From IMG/VR virus record IMGVR_UViG_3300045988_001084, positions 1 through 6,133 of that record: a stretch of 6,133 nt of DNA. One strand, 5' to 3'. The position numbers and the translations under genes were made by a program. Origin of the DNA: a virus. The notes beneath the pieces were generated by a model, which saw only the letters and a program-made list of their open reading frames with translations, had not been told where the DNA came from and made no database searches. Shown piece after piece: positions 1 through 3,858 of this stretch. Position 1 is the stretch's first letter; each line of letters begins with the position of its first letter.

Positions 1-55
1 AAGTATTTAGGTGTTGATAGTCTTAGTGACGCTAATAATCCTTTGGTTTATCAGA
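1..55 (+). repeat. Terminal redundancy (left copy), the signature of a circular genome linearised by assembly.
   Basis: AAGTATTTAGGTGTTGATAGTCTTAGTGACGCTAATAATCCTTTGGTTTATCAGA at 1-55 is identical to 6079-6133. It falls in the middle of the VP1 reading frame, so it is not a biological terminal repeat. Confidence 0.95.
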
Positions 56-1221
56 GTTCTCAAATTGTTAACGCTCTTCCGTTCCTTGCTTATCAGAAAA
101 TCTATTATGATTTCTTTAGTAATTCTCAATGGGAGAGACATTTGGCTTATGCTTATAATGTAGATTATTGGTCTGGAACTGGTCAACTCTCATTAGTTAC
201 GGATATGGTTAAGCTTCGCTATTCGAATTATCCTAAAGACTATTTTATGGGTATGCTTCCGTCTAGTCAGTATGGTTCAGTAGCTGTTTTGCCTTCTTAT
301 TATGATTCTTCTCATTCTTCTAATAATGTTTTGGCTTATTCCTCTGGCGCAACTCCTTCCTTTGGCTTGATGGAAAATGGTTCTTCTACTACTAATGTGA
401 CTGTTTCTAATTCTTCTGATGCTCTTCGTTATGCTACTCTTAATACTGACCTTTCCGCCCTCTCAATCCGTGCCACAGAATACCTCCAGCGTTGGAAAGA
501 GGTAGTACAATTCTCTAGTAAGGATTACTCTGACCAGATGGCTGCTCAGTTTGGTATCAAAGCTCCCGAATACATGGGTAATCATGCTCACTATATTGGA
601 GGCTGGTCTAGTGTTATTAATATCAATGAAGTAGTTAATACCAATCTTGACTCTGATTCCTCTCAGGCTTCTATTGCTGGTAAGGGTGTATCTAGTAACT
701 CTGGTCATACTCTTACTTATGATTGTGGCGCTGAACATCAGGTGATTATGTGTGTTTACCATGCTGTACCTATGTTGGATTGGAATTTGACTGGTCAAAA
801 TCCTCAATTGACTGTAACTGCTATATCTGACTTCCCTCAACCAGCGTTTGACCAACTTGGTATGCAGGCCGTTCCTGCTCTGAATCTCCAGAATAATCCA
901 GGTCGTGTCGTTTCAGGTTCTTTAGGTTATAATCTTCGCTATTGGCAGTGGAAATCTAATATTGATACCGTTCACGCTGGATTTCGTGCTGGTGCTGCTT
1001 ATCAATCTTGGTCTGCTCCTCTTGATGGCTGGCAAGTTTTGACTTCTGCTGGTGTTTGGTCTTATCAGTCCATGAAGGTTCGTCCTCAACAGTTGAATTC
1101 TATTTTTGTACCTCAGGTTGATGCTGCTAATTGCTCTGTTGCATTTGACCAATTGTTGTGTAATGTTAACTTCCAAGTATATGCTGTACAGAATTTGGAT
1201 AGAAATGGTTTACCCTTTTAA
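1..1221 (+). CDS. VP1: Major capsid protein VP1 (phiX174 F-like jelly-roll), C-terminal 406 codons plus stop. It continues in frame from 5557..6078 across the circular junction, giving about 580 aa in total.
   Basis: Frame 1 is open from base 1 (KYLGVDSLSDANNPLVYQ...) to TAA at 1219-1221. The tracked start at 43 is only a TTG inside the ORF. Position 6079 equals position 1 and 6078 is divisible by 3, so the 5557 ORF joins in frame. Size, the Ser/Thr-rich variable loops and the GGWSSVININEV-type segment resemble microvirus capsid proteins. Codons strongly favour T at the third position, as in the other genes. Confidence 0.92.
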   Translation, partial: KYLGVDSLSDANNPLVYQSSQIVNALPFLAYQKIYYDFFSNSQWERHLAYAYNVDYWSGTGQLSLVTDMVKLRYSNYPKDYFMGMLPSSQYGSVAVLPSYYDSSHSSNNVLAYSSGATPSFGLMENGSSTTNVTVSNSSDALRYATLNTDLSALSIRATEYLQRWKEVVQFSSKDYSDQMAAQFGIKAPEYMGNHAHYIGGWSSVININEVVNTNLDSDSSQASIAGKGVSSNSGHTLTYDCGAEHQVIMCVYHAVPMLDWNLTGQNPQLTVTAISDFPQPAFDQLGMQAVPALNLQNNPGRVVSGSLGYNLRYWQWKSNIDTVHAGFRAGAAYQSWSAPLDGWQVLTSAGVWSYQSMKVRPQQLNSIFVPQVDAANCSVAFDQLLCNVNFQVYAVQNLDRNGLPF

Positions 1222-1233
1222 TTGTGTGTTGTT

Positions 1234-1686
1234 ATGAGAAATTTTGCTTATATAAATTCCGATTTTATTAAGAACGAAGTTGTTCCCGAATTGGTTGAAG
1301 ATAATCCGTGTTATCAACAATCTGTGTATGATTCTGTTATGTATGATGAGACTCCTGATGGCGATTTGATTCAAGCTGATATGACTCAGATTCTTCTGAA
1401 TCAAGAAAAATACCGTCGTTTGCTTGGTGATATGAACGTGCAGAGCATTCTTGCTCAGATGTATCCTACTCAGTCTACTATTATGGATGGTATGACTGAT
1501 GATGAGCGGTTTAATTGTATTATTTCTCGGCATTGCCAGACAATGTCTGAGCGTCAAGCCGTATTACAACAGTTGGCTAATGAGAAGTCTGAATTATCGG
1601 CTTATGCCAAGTCTATGTTGGAAGAACAATTGGCAGAGAAAGAAGCAGCGCCGTCTACGGATTCCGCCCCTGCTCCTGAGTCATAA
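1234..1686 (+). CDS. Hypothetical acidic 150-aa protein, possibly an internal scaffolding or assembly protein (function not established).
   Basis: The first ATG is at 1234 (the tracked start at 1222 is TTG), 13 nt after the VP1 stop. The stop TAA at 1684-1686 overlaps the VP2 ATG (TAATG). Third-position T bias matches the other genes. The protein is rich in D/E and has a predicted helical, coiled-coil-like C-terminus (ERQAVLQQLANEKSELSAYAKSMLEEQLAEKE) and a Pro/Ser tail. Size and charge recall microvirus scaffolding proteins, but I see no diagnostic motif. Confidence 0.6.
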   Translation: MRNFAYINSDFIKNEVVPELVEDNPCYQQSVYDSVMYDETPDGDLIQADMTQILLNQEKYRRLLGDMNVQSILAQMYPTQSTIMDGMTDDERFNCIISRHCQTMSERQAVLQQLANEKSELSAYAKSMLEEQLAEKEAAPSTDSAPAPES

Positions 1687-2774
1687 TGGGTCTTTTTGAT
1701 GCTATAGCTTCCTCGGCCGCAAACCTTACCGACAATGTTGTTGGTATGGTTAATCAGAATCATCAGAATAAGGTTAATCTCCGTATGATGCGCGAACAGA
1801 ACGCATTTAACGCAGAACAGGCTCAAATCCAGCGTGATTGGCAGCAACAGATGTGGGGTATGAATAATGCCTATAACTCTCCTAACGCTATGATTTCTCG
1901 TGGTTTGAATCCGTTTGTTCAAGGTTCTGCTGCTATGGCTGGTTCTAGGTCTCCTGCTTCAGGCGGAGCTGTTGCTACTGCCGCTCCTGTTCCTAGCATG
2001 CAGGCTTATAAACCTAATTTTTCTGGCGTGTTCCAGTCTCTTGCTTCCCTTGCTCAAGCTAAGGCTTCTGAGGCTTCTTCTGGTGAATCAGTCTCTCGTG
2101 CACGTCAGACTGATACGGTAACTCCTCTTTTGTCTGATTATTATAGAGGTCTTACTAACTGGAAGAATCTATCTATTGGCTCTTCTGGTTATTGGAATCA
2201 GGAAACAGGCCGTATTTCTGCCGCTCTAGACCAGTCTACTGAGGCCCAAAATCTAAAAAATGCCCAGTTTGCTGAACGTATATCTTCCGCTCAAGAAGCA
2301 CAGATTTTGCTTAATTCTGATGCTCAACGTGTTATGAATAAATACATGGACCAGAATCAACAGGCTGATTTGTTTATTAAGGCTCAAACCTTAGCCAATC
2401 TCCAGACTCAAGGTGCTCTTACTGAGAGGCAAATCCAGACTGAAATACAACGTGCTATTCTTGCTTCTGCCGAGGCTTCTGGCAAGAAAATTGATAATCG
2501 TTTGGCTTCTGAAACGGCTGATTCTCTGATTAAGGCTGCTAACGCTTCCAATGAGTTGCAATATCGTGATAGTACGTATGATTATAAGAATGTTAAGCTT
2601 CGTAAACATACGGAGTATAAAACTTCTATGGCGAATCAGAAAGCTGCTGAATATGGTGCAGACTTGGCTCGCAAACAAGGCCGTACTCATTATTGGGAAT
2701 CCGTTTCTCGTGGTCTTGGTTCTATTGCTTCTGGTTCTGGTAATTTTGTCGGTGCATATAATGGTCGTAAATAA
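1686..2774 (+). CDS. VP2: Minor capsid / DNA pilot protein VP2 (phiX174 H-like).
   Basis: The N-terminus MGLFDAIASSAANL...NLRMMREQNAFNAEQAQIQRDWQQQMWGMNNAYNSPNAMISRGLNPF is the typical conserved VP2 head (N-x-REQNAFN ... R-x-W ... YNSP ... GLNP). It is followed by an Ala/Ser/Gly-rich linker and a long Q/A/E-rich helical region, as in pilot proteins. ATG is at 1686 and TAA at 2772-2774. Confidence 0.88.
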   Translation: MGLFDAIASSAANLTDNVVGMVNQNHQNKVNLRMMREQNAFNAEQAQIQRDWQQQMWGMNNAYNSPNAMISRGLNPFVQGSAAMAGSRSPASGGAVATAAPVPSMQAYKPNFSGVFQSLASLAQAKASEASSGESVSRARQTDTVTPLLSDYYRGLTNWKNLSIGSSGYWNQETGRISAALDQSTEAQNLKNAQFAERISSAQEAQILLNSDAQRVMNKYMDQNQQADLFIKAQTLANLQTQGALTERQIQTEIQRAILASAEASGKKIDNRLASETADSLIKAANASNELQYRDSTYDYKNVKLRKHTEYKTSMANQKAAEYGADLARKQGRTHYWESVSRGLGSIASGSGNFVGAYNGRK

Positions 2775-2842
2775 ATATTACTATTCGTTGTCTTATATTT
2801 TTTTTACCTATTATTTATTTTTGTTGTGAATATTTGATTTTG

Positions 2843-2854
2843 CGAAATATTTCG
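2843..2854. repeat. Perfect 12-nt palindrome CGAAATATTTCG in the AT-rich part of the large intergenic region.
   Basis: Read directly from the sequence: c2843 g a a a t a t t t c g2854 is its own reverse complement. Function is unknown; it could be a dimeric protein-binding site or a small hairpin. Confidence 0.5.
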
Positions 2855-2879
2855 ACTCTCGGTAGTAAAATAATATTAC

Positions 2880-2888
2880 GTATACATT
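2880..2888 (+). repeat. Left copy of the 9-nt direct repeat GTATACATT that brackets the GC-rich block.
   Basis: GTATACATT at 2880-2888 is identical to 3063-3071, a 183-nt offset. In both copies GAAGCCC follows, 11 nt downstream (2900-2906) and 16 nt downstream (3088-3094). The left copy directly abuts TAATATTAC (2871-2879). Confidence 0.7.
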
Positions 2889-2962
2889 CTTTAGGACTAG
2901 AAGCCCATCGCGGCGTTTGAGCGATATACACCCGCCGCCCGCGTAGGGCCTGGTCGAAAAAT

Positions 2963-3008
2963 GGAGCGGAGCGACTTCCTTATAGGAGCGCTCCGCTCCG
3001 GTATTTTA
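2963..3008 (+). terminator. Candidate intrinsic terminator for the VP1-VP2 transcript.
   Basis: An 11-bp perfect GC-rich stem (2963-2973/2989-2999) can extend by four more pairs (2975-2978 with 2985-2988) to leave a 6-nt loop. It is followed by GGTATTTTA (3000-3008). It lies ~190 nt after the VP2 stop. The T-tract is short and interrupted, so the call is tentative. Confidence 0.4.
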
Positions 3009-3062
3009 GCACGGAGTGCGCAAAGGCAGGTTCTATCTGACCTGCCGTGCCTATACCCCCCT

Positions 3063-3071
3063 GTATACATT
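3063..3071 (+). repeat. Right copy of the 9-nt direct repeat GTATACATT.
   Basis: Exact match to 2880-2888. The 174 nt between the two copies carry the highest GC content in the window. Confidence 0.7.
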
Positions 3072-3202
3072 TACTTGTTAATTAAGCGAAGCCCCTAGTT
3101 GTGTGCGAAGCAAATCCGAGTTATCCTCTCGGATTCTCCTGTTTCTTGTCTATAAACGCACAACTCACACTCTACGGTAGAATCTAAAAAAAAGAGATTT
3201 CT

Positions 3203-3233
3203 TTTGGAGTTATAGAAATAGTTTGTATATTTG
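3203..3233 (+). promoter_or_regulatory. Candidate Bacteroidetes-type promoter (-33 TTTG / -7 TAnnTTTG) upstream of the 3278-5538 gene block.
   Basis: TTTG is at 3203-3206 and TATATTTG at 3226-3233, with a 19-nt spacer, about 45 nt upstream of the ATG at 3278. This matches the Bacteroides sigma-AB consensus as I recall it. The genes lack clear Shine-Dalgarno sequences, which is also typical of Bacteroidetes. A second -7-like TATTTTTG at 2816-2823 has no obvious -33 partner. Confidence 0.4.
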
Positions 3234-3277
3234 CTCCCAGTTAGAAGTTACAACCATTATTAACATTTTAAATTCTT

Positions 3278-3478
3278 ATGATTATGCAGAAATTTATTAT
3301 CTCAGTTAAAGACAAAAACACTGGTCGCGATGTTATTCCGCCTTATATTGTCAATTCTCTCGATGGCCTTGGAAATTATTCTGAGCGAATTTCTCCGCTG
3401 GGTCTTATTGTTATTGTGGATTCGATTAAAGAAGAAAATGATTTTATTAACCTCAACACTCAAGGCGATGAAAAGTAA
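3278..3478 (+). CDS. Hypothetical small acidic protein (66 aa).
   Basis: ATG is at 3278 and TAA at 3476-3478. About half of its codons end in T (34 of 66 by my count), matching the bias of the recognised genes. The overlapping 3330 frame lacks this bias. I recognise no motif. There is no TM segment or signal peptide, and D/E residues exceed K/R. Confidence 0.6.
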   Translation: MIMQKFIISVKDKNTGRDVIPPYIVNSLDGLGNYSERISPLGLIVIVDSIKEENDFINLNTQGDEK

Positions 3479-3551
3479 TAATATTTGGAAAATTGTTATT
3501 GGAGCCGTTTCTGCCGCTCTTGGTTATATTCTTAACGCTATTGGCTTATGA
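3468..3551 (+). CDS. 27-aa single-pass membrane peptide (MKSNNIWKIVIGAVSAALGYILNAIGL). Candidate holin-like or membrane-permeabilising partner of the downstream peptidase.
   Basis: The ATG at 3468 overlaps the last codons of the 66-aa ORF. The stop TGA at 3549-3551 overlaps the peptidase ATG at 3548 (ATGA). 17 of 27 codons end in T, which fits real coding. A short N-terminus with two lysines precedes a ~20-residue hydrophobic helix with small-residue spacing (GAVSAALG). The upstream part of the tracked 73-aa ORF (3330-3467) looks like a frame-shadow artefact. Confidence 0.45.
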   Translation: MKSNNIWKIVIGAVSAALGYILNAIGL

Positions 3552-3856
3552 ATAATGATCTTATGGATTTTTTTGAGCACCTGCTTTGTTTTAACCTGCA
3601 TTTTTCGGTAACAAGCGCTAAACGTTCTATTGCTGAAAATAAAGCTGCTGGAGGTGTTCCTAATTCGCAACATTTGGTTGGCGAAGCTGTTGATATTAAA
3701 CCGTATGGTTCTACTACTTATGGTCGGTTGCTTGAGCATATCCATAACTATTCAGACAACATTCATGTGTTTGACCAACTGATATTGTATCCTACGTTCA
3801 TTCATGTTTCATTTGGTGAGCGTAATCGTCGTCAAGTAATTGATAAAAGAAACTAA
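3548..3856 (+). CDS. Zinc D-Ala-D-Ala carboxypeptidase-like peptidase, M15 / LAS superfamily (Peptidase_M15_3-like). Probable endolysin.
   Basis: The segment VTSAKRSIAENKAAGGVPNSQHLVGEAVDI ... FIHVSF matches the M15 pattern (S-x-x-R-S ... N ... GG ... S-x-H-x6-D ... h-H-h). The putative Zn ligands are H42 (3671-3673), D49 (3692-3694) and H86 (3803-3805). At 102 aa it is a minimal domain with no signal peptide or TM segment. Confidence 0.8.
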   Translation: MNNDLMDFFEHLLCFNLHFSVTSAKRSIAENKAAGGVPNSQHLVGEAVDIKPYGSTTYGRLLEHIHNYSDNIHVFDQLILYPTFIHVSFGERNRRQVIDKRN

Positions 3857-3858
3857 TT

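Larger units (their letters stand above)
2900..3165 (+). other. GC-rich, highly structured non-coding block with at least four hairpins. Candidate single-strand origin / primosome-assembly-like element or structured ncRNA.
   Basis: Hand count gives 96 G+C in the 160 nt 2901-3060 (~60%), against ~32% in a sampled coding stretch (61-120). Hairpin 1: 2910-2915/2933-2938 (6 GC pairs) with outer GCCC 2903-2906 / GGGC 2946-2949. Hairpin 2: 2963-2973/2989-2999 (11 perfect bp, GGAGCGGAGCG/CGCTCCGCTCC). Hairpin 3: 3025-3031/3040-3046 (7 bp) closed by GCAC 3009-3012 / GTGC 3047-3050. Hairpin 4: 3113-3120/3128-3135 (8 bp) nested inside TGTGCG 3102-3107 / CGCACA 3157-3162. No ORF of 64 aa or more on either strand falls inside the block. 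Confidence 0.7.

Noticed and set aside
1915-2121. Leu-rich 68-aa ORF embedded in VP2 in the +1 frame, superficially like the phiX174 E lysis gene overprinted on gene D.
   Set aside because: It starts with TTG, not ATG. Its second codon position coincides with the T-rich third position of the VP2 codons, which automatically yields L/F/V/I-rich shadow ORFs (GCT GCT reads as CTG CTG). I treat it as a compositional artefact unless it is conserved as an open frame in relatives.
2551-2829. 92-aa ATG-initiated hydrophobic ORF overlapping the VP2 C-terminus and extending 55 nt past its stop; a possible overprinted holin or E-like protein.
   Set aside because: It has the same +1 frame relationship to VP2 as the 1915 ORF, so the hydrophobicity is explained by the T3-to-T2 shift. 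Its tail runs through a T-rich non-coding tract. It is worth only a quick conservation check.
2860-3085. Possible dif-like XerC/XerD site (TGTATA or GTATAC cores) that could mediate integrase-free integration, as proposed for Bacteroidetes microvirus prophages.
   Set aside because: Neither GTATAC copy is flanked by the 11-nt imperfect inverted arms expected of a dif site. A TGTTAATT resemblance to the XerD arm (TGTTAAAT) at about 3076-3083 is offset by 6 nt from the central region. The evidence is not convincing by eye.
2961-3098. 45-codon ATG ORF (MERSDFLIGALRSGILARSAQRQVLSDLPCLYPPVYIYLLIKRSP) running through the GC-rich block; mildly basic, so a possible J/VP5-like DNA-binding protein.
   Set aside because: Its codon usage is unlike every other gene in the genome, being GC-rich with no T3 bias. 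The sequence is dominated by perfect inverted repeats, which are better explained as nucleic-acid structure than as coding.
2900-3165. Known small ribozyme, riboswitch or tRNA in the GC-rich block.
   Set aside because: I found no CUGAUGA plus GAAA hammerhead core on either strand, no T-loop GTTCGAATC or cloverleaf, and no TPP, fluoride or ZTP-type conserved boxes. This is only a check by eye, so a covariance-model scan is still needed.
3330-3467. Upstream extension of the TM-peptide ORF, giving a 73-aa protein with apparent additional TM segments (class II holin-like).
   Set aside because: This part fully overlaps the 66-aa ORF, whose frame carries the genome-typical T-ending codon bias. The 3330 frame here does not, and it is again the hydrophobic +1 shadow. 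Only the non-overlapped portion from ATG 3468 shows coding bias.
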